Source of the DNA: the human T2T-CHM13v2.0 reference genome, Homo sapiens
Reading direction: 5' to 3' (one strand)
Length of the DNA stretch: 64,000 nt
Assembly: GCF_009914755.1 (NCBI RefSeq)
Contig: NC_060948.1
This document shows positions 48,801-63,800 of this stretch, piece after piece; positions within the stretch are counted from its first letter, which is position 1, and each line of letters opens with the position of its first letter. Below the pieces are notes generated by a model that did no database searches, was not told the DNA's origin, and saw only the letters and a list, made by a program, of their open reading frames with translations. The position numbers were made by a program, and so were the translations under genes.

Positions 48801-51800
48801 GAATCGAACGGAATGGACTCGAAGGGAAAAGACTGCAATGGAAAGGTCTCGAATGGAATGGAAATTAATGGAATGGAATGGAATCGAATGAAATGGAGTC
48901 AAAAGGAATGGAATCGAATGGCAAGAAATCGAATGTAATGGAATCGCAAGGAATTGATGTGAACGGAACGGAATGGAATGGAATCCAAAGGAATGGAATA
49001 GAATGGAATGGAATCGAATGGAAAGGACTCGAATGGAAATCACTCGAATAGAATGCAATTTAATAAAATAGGATCAAATGTAATGGAATGGAATGGAAAG
49101 GAATCGAAACGAAAGGAATGGAGACAGATGGAATGGAATGGAACAGAGAGCAATGGTATAGAATGGAATGGAATCATCTGGAATGGAATTGAATGGAATG
49201 GAATAATATGAAATGGAATGGAATGGAATGGAATGCCCTTGAATTAAATGGACTGGAATGGAATGGACTCGAACAGAGTGGAATGGAAAGTGTTGAAATA
49301 GAATGGAATGGACTCGTTTGGAATGGTCTAGTATGCAATGCAATAGACTGGCAGGGAATCAAAAGGAATGTAATCGAATGGATTGGACTGGAATGCAATG
49401 GACTCGAATAGATTGGAAACGGAAAGCAAAGGAATGGAATGGAATAGTATGGAATGGAATGGAAAGGAATGGAGTGGAATAGACTAGAGTGGAATGGAAT
49501 GGACTGGAAAGCAATGGACTGGAATGGAACTTTCTTGAATGGACTGGAATCAAACGGAATGGAATGCAATGCAATCAAATGGCATGGAATAAAATAGAAT
49601 GAAAGAGAATCAAATGGAATTGAATCGAATGGAATCGAATGGATTGGAAAGGAATAGAATGGAATGGAATGGAATTGACTCAAATGGAATGGACTAGAAT
49701 GGAATGGATTCGAATGGAAGGCAAAGGAATGGAATCTATTGGAATGGACTGTAATGGAATGGAATGGAAGGGATTGGAATGGACTCGAATGGAATGGACT
49801 GCAGTAGAAAGGATTCGAATGGAATGAAAAAGAATTGAATGGAATAGAACAGAATGGAATCAAATCGAATGAAATGGAATGGAATAGAAAGGAATGGAAT
49901 GAAATGGAATGGAAAGGATTCGAATGGAATGCAATCGAATGGAATGAAATCGAATGGAATGGAATCGAACGGAATGGAATAAAATGGAAGAAAACTGGCA
50001 AGAAATGGAATCGAAATGAATGGAGTGTTATGGAACGGACTCAAAAGGAATTGAATGTAATAGAATGGAGTGGAGTGGACTCGAATATAATGGACTAGAA
50101 TGGAATGAAATCACATGGAATGGGAACGAATGGAATGGAATGGAAAGGAATGGAATCGAATGGAAAGGAATCGAATGGAAGGGAATGAAATTGAATCAAC
50201 AGGAATGGAAGGGAGTAGAATAGACGGTAATGGAATGGACTCGAATAGAATGGACACGAATGCTCAAATTGAATGGACTCGAATGGAATGGCAACGAAAG
50301 GAATGTCATCGAATGGAATTGAATCGATTGGAATGAAATCACATAGAATGGAGTGGAATCAAATGGAATTGAATCGAAAGGAAAGGAAGCGAATGGACTG
50401 AAATGAAATGGAATGGAATTGAATGGAAATTAATGCAATGGAATAGAATGGAACGAAATTTCACGGAATGGAATCAAACTGAATGGAATCAAATCAATGG
50501 AATATAATCAAATGGAATGGAAAGGAATTGAATGGAGTAGATTGGATTGGATGGGATTGGAATGAAATGTACTGGAAAGGACTCGAATTTCATGAAACGG
50601 AATGGAATGAATTAGAACGGAATGGACTCGAATGGAATGGAATGTCATGGAATGGCATCAAATGGAATGGAATCGAATGCGATGGAATGCTATGGAATGG
50701 AATGGAATGCATTGGAATGGAATGTCCTCTAATGGAATGTATTCGAGTGGAATGGAATCGAATATAATGGAGTCTAATGAAATGGAATTGAAAGGAATGG
50801 GACCGAATACAATGGAATATACTGGAATGTAATGTAATGAACTCGAATGTAATTGACTGGAATGGAATGTACATGAATGGAATGTAATCGAATGGAAAGC
50901 AATCCAATGGAATAGAATCTAATGCAATAAAATCGACTCAAATAGAGTAGAATGTAATGGAATGGAGTACAGTGCAATGGAATGGAATGGAATGGAATGC
51001 AATGGAATGGAATGGAATGGAATGGGATGGAATGGTATGGAATGGATAGTAATGGACTGGAGTGAAATGGACTGGAAAAGAATGGACTCAAATTGAAAGG
51101 GCTCGAAAGGAATGGAGTCAAATGGAATGGTCTGGAATGGAATGAACACGAATGTAATGCAATCCAATAGAATGGAATCGAATGGCATGGAATATAAAGA
51201 AATGGAATCGAAGAGAATGGAAACAAATGGAATGGAATTGAATGGAATGGAATTGAATGGAATGGGAACGAATGGAGTGAAATTGTATGCAGTAGAAGAG
51301 AATAGAATGGAATGCAAGCGAAAGGAAAGGAATGGATTGGAATGGAATGGAATTCATTGGAATGGAAGGGAATGTAGTGTAATGGACAGGCCTGGAATAA
51401 AGTGGAATGCTACGGTCTCGAATGGAATAAAAATGTATGGAATGGAATGCAATGAAACGGAATCGAATGTCATAGAATGTAATGGAAAGCAAAAAAATGG
51501 ACTCCAAAATCATTGACTGGAAAGGCTGGGTGTCGAAAGGAATTGACTCCAATGGAATGGAATCGAATGGAATGGAAGTGAATAGAATCGAACTAAATCG
51601 AATGGAATGGAATTGATAGGAACGGAATGGAAAGGAATGCAATGATTTGGCATGGAATGGAATCGAATGGCATCGAATGGAATGGAATGGAATGCAATGG
51701 AATGGAATGTATTAGAATGTAATGAACTTTAATGGAATGTACTCGAATGGATTCGACTGGAATGGAATGTTCTGGAAGTGAATGGACTCCAATGGAATGG

Positions 51801-54800
51801 ATTCGAAAGGAATGGAATCTAATGGAATGGAATTAAATGGAAATGAATCAAATTGAATAGCACGGAATTGAATTGAATGGAATCGAATGCAATGGAATCT
51901 AATGAAACGGAAAGGAAAGGAATGGAATGGATTGGAATGGAATGGGCTGGAATGGAATGGAATCGAAACGAATGGAATGGAATCGAACTGAAGAGACTGG
52001 AATGGAATGCACTGGAATGGAAGGGAATGTAATGGAAGGTTCTCGAAAAAAATGGAATCGAAAGGAATGGAATTGAATGGAACGGAATAGAGTCGAATGG
52101 AATTGAATGGAATGGAATGGACTAGAGTGAAATGGAATCGAACCACAAGGAATGGACAGGAATAGAATGGTCTCGAATTGAATGGAATCGTATGGAATGG
52201 CATCAAACGGAATGGAATGGACAGCCACGGAATGGAATGGACACCCACGGAATGGAATGCACTCGAATGCAATGGAGTCGACACTAATGGACTGGAATAG
52301 AATGGACTCGACTGGTACGGACTCCAATGGAATGGAATCGAATGGAAGGGAATCGAACGGAATGGACTCGAAGGGAAAAGACTGCAATGGAAAGGTCTCG
52401 AATGGAATGGAAATTAATGGAATGGAATGGAATCGAATGAAATGGAGTCAAAAGGAATGGAATCGAATGGCAAGAAATCGAATGTAATGGAATCGCAAGG
52501 AATTGATGTGAACGGAACGGAATGGAATGGAATCCAAAGGAATGGAATAGAATGGAATGGAATCGAATGGAAAGGACTCGAATGGAAATCACTCGAATAG
52601 AATGCAATTTAATAAAATAGGATCAAATGTAATGGAATGGAATGGAAAGGAATCGAAACGAAAGGAATGGAGACAGATGGAATGGAATGGAACAGAGAGC
52701 AATGGTATAGAATGGAATGGAATCATCTGGAATGGAATTGAATGGAATGGAATAATATGAAATGGAATGGAATGGAATGGAATGCCCTTGAATTAAATGG
52801 ACTGGAATGGAATGGACTCGAACAGAGTGGAATGGAAAGTGTTGAAATAGAATGGAATGGACTCGTTTGGAATGGTCTAGTATGCAATGCAATCGACTGG
52901 CAGGGAATCAAAAGGAATGTAATCGAATGGATTGGACTGGAATGCAATGGACTCGAATAGATTGGAAATGGAAAGCAAAGGAATGGAATGGAATAGTATG
53001 GAATGGAATGGAAAGGAATGGAGTGGAATAGACTAGAGTGGAATGGAATGGACTGGAAAGCAATGGGCTGGAATGGAACTTTCTTGAATGGACTGGAATC
53101 AAACGGAATGGAATGCAATGCAATCAAATGGCATGGAATAAAATAGAATGAAAGAGAATCAAATGGAATTGAATCGAATGGAATCGAATGGATTGGAAAG
53201 GAATAGAATGGAATGGAATGGAATTGACTCAAATGGAATGGACTAGAATGGAATGGATTCGAATGGAAGGCAAAGGAATGGAATCTATTGGAATGGACTG
53301 TAATGGAATGGAATGGAAGGGATTGGAATGGACTCGAATGGAATGGACTGCAGTAGAAAGGATTCGAATGGAATGAAAAAGAATTGAATGGAATAGAACA
53401 GAATGGAATCAAATCGAATGAAATGGAATGGAATAGAAAGGAATGGAATGAAATGGAATGGAAAGGATTCGAATGGAATGCAATCGAATGGAATGAAATC
53501 GAATGGAATGGAATCGAACGGAATGGAATAAAATGGAAGAAAACTGGCAAGAAATGGAATCGAAATGAATGGAGTGTTATGGAACGGACTCAAAAGGAAT
53601 TGAATGTAATAGAATGGAGTGGAGTGGACTCGAATATAATGGACTAGAATGGAATGAAATCACATGGAATGGGAACGAATGGAATGGAATGGAAAGGAAT
53701 GGAATCGAATGGAAAGGAATCGAATGGAAGGGAATGAAATTGAATCAACAGGAATGGAAGGGAGTAGAATAGACGGTAATGGAATGGACTCGAATAGAAT
53801 GGACACGAATGCTCAAATTGAATGGACTCGAATGGAATGGCAACGAAAGGAATGTCATCGAATGGAATTGAATCGATTGGAATGAAATCACATAGAATGG
53901 AGTGGAATCAAATGGAATTGAATCGAAAGGAAAGGAAGCGAATGGACTGAAATGAAATGGAATGGAATTGAATGGAAATTAATGCAATGGAATAGAATGG
54001 AACGAAATTTCACGGAATGGAATCAAACTGAATGGAATCAAATCAATGGAATATAATCAAATGGAATGGAAAGGAATTGAATGGAGTAGATTGGATTGGA
54101 TGGGATTGGAATGAAATGTACTGGAAAGGACTCGAATTTCATGAAACGGAATGGAATGAATTAGAACGGAATGGACTCGAATGGAATGGAATGTCATGGA
54201 ATGGCATCAAATGGAATGGAATCGAATGCGATGGAATGCTATGGAATGGAATGGAATGCATTGGAATGGAATGTCCTCTAATGGAATGTATTCGAGTGGA
54301 ATGGAATCGAATATAATGGAGTCTAATGAAATGGAATTGAAAGGAATGGGACCGAATACAATGGAATATACTGGAATGTAATGTAATGAACTCGAATGTA
54401 ATTGACTGGAATGGAATGTACATGAATGGAATGTAATCGAATGGAAAGCAATCCAATGGAATAGAATCTAATGCAATAAAATCGACTCAAATAGAGTAGA
54501 ATGTAATGGAATGGAGTACAGTGCAATGGAATGGAATGGAATGGAATGCAATGGAATGGAATGGAATGGAATGGGATGGAATGGTATGGAATGGATAGTA
54601 ATGGACTGGAGTGAAATGGACTGGAAAAGAATGGACTCAAATTGAAAGGGCTCGAAAGGAATGGAGTCAAATGGAATGGTCTGGAATGGAATGAACACGA
54701 ATGTAATGCAATCCAATAGAATGGAATCGAATGGCATGGAATATAAAGAAATGGAATCGAAGAGAATGGAAACAAATGGAATGGAATTGAATGGAATGGA

Positions 54801-57800
54801 ATTGAATGGAATGGGAACGAATGGAGTGAAATTGTATGCAGTAGAAGAGAATAGAATGGAATGCAAGCGAAAGGAAAGGAATGGATTGGAATGGAATGGA
54901 ATTCATTGGAATGGAAGGGAATGTAGTGTAATGGACAGGCCTGGAATAAAGTGGAATGCTACGGTCTCGAATGGAATAAAAATGTATGGAATGGAATGCA
55001 ATGAAACGGAATCGAATGTCATAGAATGTAATGGAATGCAAAAAAATGGACTCCAAAATCATTGACTGGAAAGGCTGGGTGTCGAAAGGAATTGACTCCA
55101 ATGGAATGGAATCGAATGGAATGGAAGTGAATAGAATCGAACTAAATCGAATGGAATGGAATTGATAGGAACGGAATGGAAAGGAATGCAATGATTTCGC
55201 ATGGAATGGAATCGAATGGCATCGAATGGAATGGAATGGAATGCAATGGAATGGAATGTATTAGAATGTAATGAACTTTAATGGAATGTACTCGAATGGA
55301 TTCGACTGGAATGGAATGTTCTGGAAGTGAATGGACTCCAATGGAATGGATTCGAAAGGAATGGAATCTAATGGAATGGAATTAAATGGAAATGAATCAA
55401 ATTGAATAGCACGGAATTGAATTGAATGGAATCGAATGCAATGGAATCTAATGAAACGGAAAGGAAAGGAATGGAATGGATTGGAATGGAATGGGCTGGA
55501 ATGGAATGGAATCGAAACGAATGGAATGGAATCGAACTGAAGAGACTGGAATGGAATGCACTGGAATGGAAGGGAATGTAATGGAAGGTTCTCGAAAAAA
55601 ATGGAATCGAAAGGAATGGAATTGAATGGAACGGAATAGAGTCGAATGGAATTGAATGGAATGGAATGGACTAGAGTGAAATGGAATCGAACCACAAGGA
55701 ATGGACAGGAATAGAATGGTCTCGAATTGAATGGAATCGTATGGAATGGCATCAAACGGAATGGAATGGACAGCCACGGAATGGAATGGACACCCACGGA
55801 ATGGAATGCACTCGAATGCAATGGAGTCGACACTAATGGACTGGAATAGAATGGACTCGACTGGTACGGACTCCAATGGAATGGAATCGAATGGAAGGGA
55901 ATCGAACGGAATGGACTCGAAGGGAAAAGACTGCAATGGAAAGGTCTCGAATGGAATGGAAATTAATGGAATGGAATGGAATCGAATGAAATGGAGTCAA
56001 AAGGAATGGAATCGAATGGCAAGAAATCGAATGTAATGGAATCGCAAGGAATTGATGTGAACGGAACGGAATGGAATGGAATCCAAAGGAATGGAATAGA
56101 ATGGAATGGAATCGAATGGAAAGGACTCGAATGGAAATCACTCGAATAGAATGCAATTTAATAAAATAGGATCAAATGTAATGGAATGGAATGGAAAGGA
56201 ATCGAAACGAAAGGAATGGAGACAGATGGAATGGAATGGAACAGAGAGCAATGGTATAGAATGGAATGGAATCATCTGGAATGGAATTGAATGGAATGGA
56301 ATAATATGAAATGGAATGGAATGGAATGGAATGCCCTTGAATTAAATGGACTGGAATGGAATGGACTCGAACAGAGTGGAATGGAAAGTGTTGAAATAGA
56401 ATGGAATGGACTCGTTTGGAATGGTCTAGTATGCAATGCAATCGACTGGCAGGGAATCAAAAGGAATGTAATCGAATGGATTGGACTGGAATGCAATGGA
56501 CTCGAATAGATTGGAAATGGAAAGCAAAGGAATGGAATGGAATAGTATGGAATGGAATGGAAAGGAATGGAGTGGAATAGACTAGAGTGGAATGGAATGG
56601 ACTGGAAAGCAATGGGCTGGAATGGAACTTTCTTGAATGGACTGGAATCAAACGGAATGGAATGCAATGCAATCAAATGGCATGGAATAAAATAGAATGA
56701 AAGAGAATCAAATGGAATTGAATCGAATGGAATCGAATGGATTGGAAAGGAATAGAATGGAATGGAATGGAATTGACTCAAATGGAATGGACTAGAATGG
56801 AATGGATTCGAATGGAAGGCAAAGGAATGGAATCTATTGGAATGGACTGTAATGGAATGGAATGGAAGGGATTGGAATGGACTCGAATGGAATGGACTGC
56901 AGTAGAAAGGATTCGAATGGAATGAAAAAGAATTGAATGGAATAGAACAGAATGGAATCAAATCGAATGAAATGGAATGGAATAGAAAGGAATGGAATGA
57001 AATGGAATGGAAAGGATTCGAATGGAATGCAATCGAATGGAATGAAATCGAATGGAATGGAATCGAACGGAATGGAATAAAATGGAAGAAAACTGGCAAG
57101 AAATGGAATCGAAATGAATGGAGTGTTATGGAACGGACTCAAAAGGAATTGAATGTAATAGAATGGAGTGGAGTGGACTCGAATATAATGGACTAGAATG
57201 GAATGAAATCACATGGAATGGGAACGAATGGAATGGAATGGAAAGGAATGGAATCGAATGGAAAGGAATCGAATGGAAGGGAATGAAATTGAATCAACAG
57301 GAATGGAAGGGAGTAGAATAGACGGTAATGGAATGGACTCGAATAGAATGGACACGAATGCTCAAATTGAATGGACTCGAATGGAATGGCAACGAAAGGA
57401 ATGTCATCGAATGGAATTGAATCGATTGGAATGAAATCACATAGAATGGAGTGGAATCAAATGGAATTGAATCGAAAGGAAAGGAAGCGAATGGACTGAA
57501 ATGAAATGGAATGGAATTGAATGGAAATTAATGCAATGGAATAGAATGGAACGAAATTTCACGGAATGGAATCAAACTGAATGGAATCAAATCAATGGAA
57601 TATAATCAAATGGAATGGAAAGGAATTGAATGGAGTAGATTGGATTGGATGGGATTGGAATGAAATGTACTGGAAAGGACTCGAATTTCATGAAACGGAA
57701 TGGAATGAATTAGAACGGAATGGACTCGAATGGAATGGAATGTCATGGAATGGCATCAAATGGAATGGAATCGAATGCGATGGAATGCTATGGAATGGAA

Positions 57801-60800
57801 TGGAATGCATTGGAATGGAATGTCCTCTAATGGAATGTATTCGAGTGGAATGGAATCGAATATAATGGAGTCTAATGAAATGGAATTGAAAGGAATGGGA
57901 CCGAATACAATGGAATATACTGGAATGTAATGTAATGAACTCGAATGTAATTGACTGGAATGGAATGTACATGAATGGAATGTAATCGAATGGAAAGCAA
58001 TCCAATGGAATAGAATCTAATGCAATAAAATCGACTCAAATAGAGTAGAATGTAATGGAATGGAGTACAGTGCAATGGAATGGAATGGAATGGAATGCAA
58101 TGGAATGGAATGGAATGGAATGGGATGGAATGGTATGGAATGGATAGTAATGGACTGGAGTGAAATGGACTGGAAAAGAATGGACTCAAATTGAAAGGGC
58201 TCGAAAGGAATGGAGTCAAATGGAATGGTCTGGAATGGAATGAACACGAATGTAATGCAATCCAATAGAATGGAATCGAATGGCATGGAATATAAAGAAA
58301 TGGAATCGAAGAGAATGGAAACAAATGGAATGGAATTGAATGGAATGGAATTGAATGGAATGGGAACGAATGGAGTGAAATTGTATGCAGTAGAAGAGAA
58401 TAGAATGGAATGCAAGCGAAAGGAAAGGAATGGATTGGAATGGAATGGAATTCATTGGAATGGAAGGGAATGTAGTGTAATGGACAGGCCTGGAATAAAG
58501 TGGAATGCTACGGTCTCGAATGGAATAAAAATGTATGGAACGGAATGCAATGAAACGGAATCGAATGTCATAGAATGTAATGGAATGCAAAAAAATGGAC
58601 TCCAAAATCATTGACTGGAAAGGCTGGGTGTCGAAAGGAATTGACTCCAATGGAATGGAATCGAATGGAATGGAAGTGAATAGAATCGAACTAAATCGAA
58701 TGGAATGGAATTGATAGGAACGGAATGGAAAGGAATGCAATGATTTGGCATGGAATGGAATCGAATGGCATCGAATGGAATGGAATGGAATGCAATGGAA
58801 TGGAATGTATTAGAATGTAATGAACTTTAATGGAATGTACTCGAATGGATTCGACTGGAATGGAATGTTCTCGAAGTGAATGGACTCCAATGGAATGGAT
58901 TCGAAAGGAATGGAATCTAATGGAATGGAATTAAATGGAAATGAATCAAATTGAATAGAACGGAATTGAATTGAATGGAATCGAATGCAATGGAATCTAA
59001 TGAAACGGAAAGGAAAGGAATGGAATGGATTGGAATGGAATGGGCTGGAATGGAATGGAATCGAAACGAATGGAATGGAATCGAACTGAAGAGACTGGAA
59101 TGGAATGCACTGGAATGGAAGGGAATGTAATGGAAGGTCCTCGAAAAAAATGGAATCGAAAGGAATGGAATTGAATGGAACGGAATAGAGTCGAATGGAA
59201 TTGAATGGAATGGAATGGACTAGAGTGAAATGGAATCGAACCACAAGGAATGGACAGGAATAGAATGGTCTCGAATTGAATGGAATCGTATGGAATGGCA
59301 TCAAACGGAATGGAATGGACAGCCACGGAATGGAATGGACACCCACGGAATGGAATGCACTCGAATGCAATGGAGTCGACACTAATGGACTGGAATAGAA
59401 TGGACTCGACTGGTACGGACTCCAATGGAATGGAATCGAAAGGAAGGGAATCGAAAGGAATGGACTCGAAGGGAAAAGACTGCAATGGAAAGGTCTCCAA
59501 TGGAATGGAAATTAATGGAATGGAATGGAATCGAATGAAATGGAGTCAAAAGGAATGGAATCGAATGGCAAGAAATCGAATGTAATGGAATCGCAAGGAA
59601 TTGATGTGAACGGAACGGAATGGAATGGAATCCAAAGGAATGGAATAGAATGGAATGGAATCGAATGGAAAGGACTCGAATGGAAATCACTCGAATAGAA
59701 TGCAATTTAATAAAATAGGATCAAATGTAATGGAATGGAATGGAAAGGAATCGAAACGAAAGGAATGGAGACAGATGGAATGGAATGGAACAGAGAGCAA
59801 TGGTATAGAATGGAATGGAATCATCTGGAATGGAATTGAATGGAATGGAATAATATGAAATGGAATGGAATGGAATGGAATGCCCTTGAATTAAATGGAC
59901 TGGAATGCAATGGACTCGAACAGAGTGGAATGGAAAGTGTTGAAATAGAATGGAATGGACTCATTTGGAATGGTCTAGTATGCAATGCAATCGACTGGCA
60001 GGGAATCAAAAGGAATGTAATCGAATGGATTGGACTGGAATGCAATGGACTCGAATAGATTGGAAGCGGAAAGCAAAGGAATGGAATGGAATAGTATGGA
60101 ATGGAATGCAAAGGAATGGAGTGGAATAGACTAGAGTGGAATGGAATGGACTCGAAAGCAATGGACTGGAATGGAACTTTCTTGAATGGACTGGAATCAA
60201 ACGGAATGGAATGCAATGCAATCAAATGGCATGGAATAAAATAGAATGAAAGAGAATCAAATGGAATTGAATCGAATGGAATCGAATGGATTGGAAAGGA
60301 ATAGAATGGAATGGAATGGAATTGACTCAAATGGAATGGACTAGAATGGAATGGATTCGAATGGAAGGCAAAGGAATGGAATCTATTGGAATGGACTGTA
60401 ATGGAATGGAATGGAAGGGATTGGAATGGACTCGAATGGAATGCGCTGCAATAGAAAGGATTCGAATGGAATGAAAAAGAATTGAATGGAATAGAACAGA
60501 ATGGAATCAAATCGAATGAAATGGAATGGAATAGAAAGGAATGCAATGAAATGGAATGGAAAGGATTCGAATGGAATGCAATCGAATGGAATGAAATCGA
60601 ATGGAATGGAATCGAACGGAATGGAATAAAATGGAAGAAAACTGGCAAGAAATGGAGTCGAAATGAATGGAGTGTTATGGAACGGACTCAAAAGGAATTG
60701 AATGTAATAGAATGGAGTGGAGTGGACTCGAATATAATGGACTGGAGTGGAATGAAATCACATGGAATGGGAACGAATGGAATGGAATGGAAAGGAATGG

Positions 60801-63800
60801 AATCGAATGGAAAGGAATCGAATGGAAGGGAATGAAATTGAATCAACAGGAATGGAAGGGAGTAGAATAGACGGTAATGGAATGGACTCGAATAGAATGG
60901 ACACGAATGCTCAAATTGAATGGACTCGAATGGAATGGAAACGAAAGGAATGTCATCGAATGGAATTGAATCTATTGGAATGAAATCACATAGAATGGAG
61001 TGGAATCAAATGGAATTGAATCGAAAGGAAAGGAAGCGAATGGACTGAAATGAAATGGAATGGAATTGAATGGAAATTAATGCAATGGAATAGAATGGAA
61101 CGAAATTTCACGGAATGGAATCAAACTGAATGGAATCAAATCAATGGAATATAATCAAATGGAATGGAAAGGAATTGAATGGAGTAGATTGGATTGGATG
61201 GGATTGGAATGAAATGTACTGGAAAGGACTCGAATTTCATGAAACGGAATGGAATGAATTAGAACGGAATGGACTCGAATGGAATGGAATGTCATGGAAT
61301 GGCATCAAATGGAATGGAATCGAATGCGATGGAATGCTATGGAATAGAATGGAATGCATTGGAATGGAATGTCCTCTAATGGAATGGATTCGAGTGGAAT
61401 GGAATCGAATATAATGGAGTCTAATGAAATAGAATTGAAAGGAATGGGACCGAATACAATGGAATATACTGGAATGTAATGTAATGAACTCGAATGTAAT
61501 TGACTGGAATGGAATGTACATGAATGGAATGTAATCGAATGGAAAGCAATCCAATGGAATAGAATCTAATGCAATAAAATCGAGTCAAATAGAGTAGAAT
61601 GTAATGGAATGGAGTGCAGTGCAATGGAATGGAATGGAATGGAATGCAATGGAATGGAATGGAATGGAATGGGATGGAATGGTATGGAATGGATAGTAAT
61701 GGACTGGAGTGAAATGGACTGGAAAAGAATGGACTCAAATTGAAAGGGCTCGAAAGGAATGGAGTCAAATGGAATGGTCTGGAATGGAATGAACACGAAT
61801 GTAATGCAATCCAATAGAATGGAATCGAATGGCATGGAATATAAAGAAATGGAATCGAAGAGAATGGAAACAAATGGAATGGAATTGAATGGAATGGGAA
61901 CGAATGGAGTGAAATTGTATGCAGTAGAAGAGAATAGAATGGAATGCAAGCGAAAGGAAAGGAATGGATTGGAATGGAATGGAATTCATTGGAATGGAAG
62001 GGAATGTAGTGTAATGGACAGGCCTGGAATAAAGTGGAATGCTACGGTCTCGAATGGAATAAAAATGTATGGAATGGAATGCAATGAAACGGAATCGAAT
62101 GTCATAGAATGTAATGGAATGCAAAAAAATGGACTCCAAAATCATTGACTGGAAAGGCTGGGTGTCGAAAGGAATTGACTCCAATGGAATGGAATCGAAT
62201 GGAATGGAAGTGAATAGAATCGAACTAAATCGAATGGAATGGAATTGATAGGAACGGAATGGAAAGGAATGCAATGATTTGGCATGGAATGGAATCGAAT
62301 GGCATCGAATGGAATGGAATGGAATGCAATGGAATGGAATGTATTATAATGTAATGAACTTTAATGGAATGTACTCGAATGGATTCGACTGGAATGGAAT
62401 GTTCTCGAAGTGAATGGACTCCAATGGAATGGATTCGAAAGGAATGGAATCTAATGGAATGGAATTAAACGGAAATGAATCAAATTGAATAGAACGGAAT
62501 TGAATTGAATGGAATCGAATGCAATGGAATCTAATGAAACGGAAAGGAATGGAATGGAATGGGCTGGAATGGAATGGAATCGAAACGAATGGAATGGAAT
62601 CGAACTGAAGAGACTGGAATGGAATGCACTGGAATGGAAGGGAATGTAATGGAAGGTTCTCGAAAAAAATGGAATCGAAAGGAATGGAATTGAATGGAAC
62701 GGAATAGAGTCGAATGGAATTCAATGGAATGGAATGGACTAGAGTGAAATGGAATCGAACCACAAGGAATGGACAGGAATAGAATGGTCTCGAATTGAAT
62801 GGAATCGTATGGAATGGCATCAAACGGAATGGAATGGACAGCCACGGAATGGAATGGACACCCACGGAATGGAATGCACTCGAATGCAATGGAGTCGACA
62901 CTAATGGACTGGAATAGAATGGAGTCGACTGGTACGGACTCCAATGGAATGGAATCGAATTGAAGGGAATCGAACGGAATGGACTCGAAGGGAAAAGACT
63001 GCAATGGAATGGTCTCCAATGGAATGGAAATTAATGGAATGGAATGGAATCGAATGAAATGGAGTCAAAAGGAATGGAATCGAATGGCAAGAAATCGAAT
63101 GTAATGGAATCGCAAGGAATTGATGTGAACGGAACGGAATGGAATGGAATCCAAAGGAATGGAATAGAATGGAATGGAATCGAATGGAAAGGACTCGAAT
63201 GGAAATCACTCGAATAGAATGCAATTTAATAAAATAGGATCAAATGTAATGGAATGGAATGGAAAGGAATCGAAACGAAAGGAATGGAGACAGATGGAAT
63301 GGAATGGAACAGAGAGCAATGGTATAGAATGGAATGGAATCATCTGGAATGGAATTGAATGGAATGGAATAATATGAAATGGAATGGAATGGAATGGAAT
63401 GCCCTTGAATTAAATGGACTGGAATGGAATGGACTCGAACAGAGTGGAATGGAAAGTGTTGAAATAGAATGGAATGGACTCGTTTGGAATGGTCTAGTAT
63501 GCAATGCAATAGACTGGCAGGGAATCAAAAGGAATGTAATCGAACGGATTGGACTGGAATGCAATGGACTCGAATAGATTGGAAACGGAAAGCAAAGGAA
63601 TGGAATGGAATAGTATGGAATGGAATGCAAAGGAATGGAGTGGAATAGACTAGAGTGGAATGGAATGGACTCGAAAGCAATGGACTGGAATGGAACTTCC
63701 TTGAATGGACTGGAATCAAACGGAATGGAATGCAATGCAATCAAATGGCATGGAATAAAATAGAATGAAAGAGAATCAAATGGAATTGAATCGAATGGAA

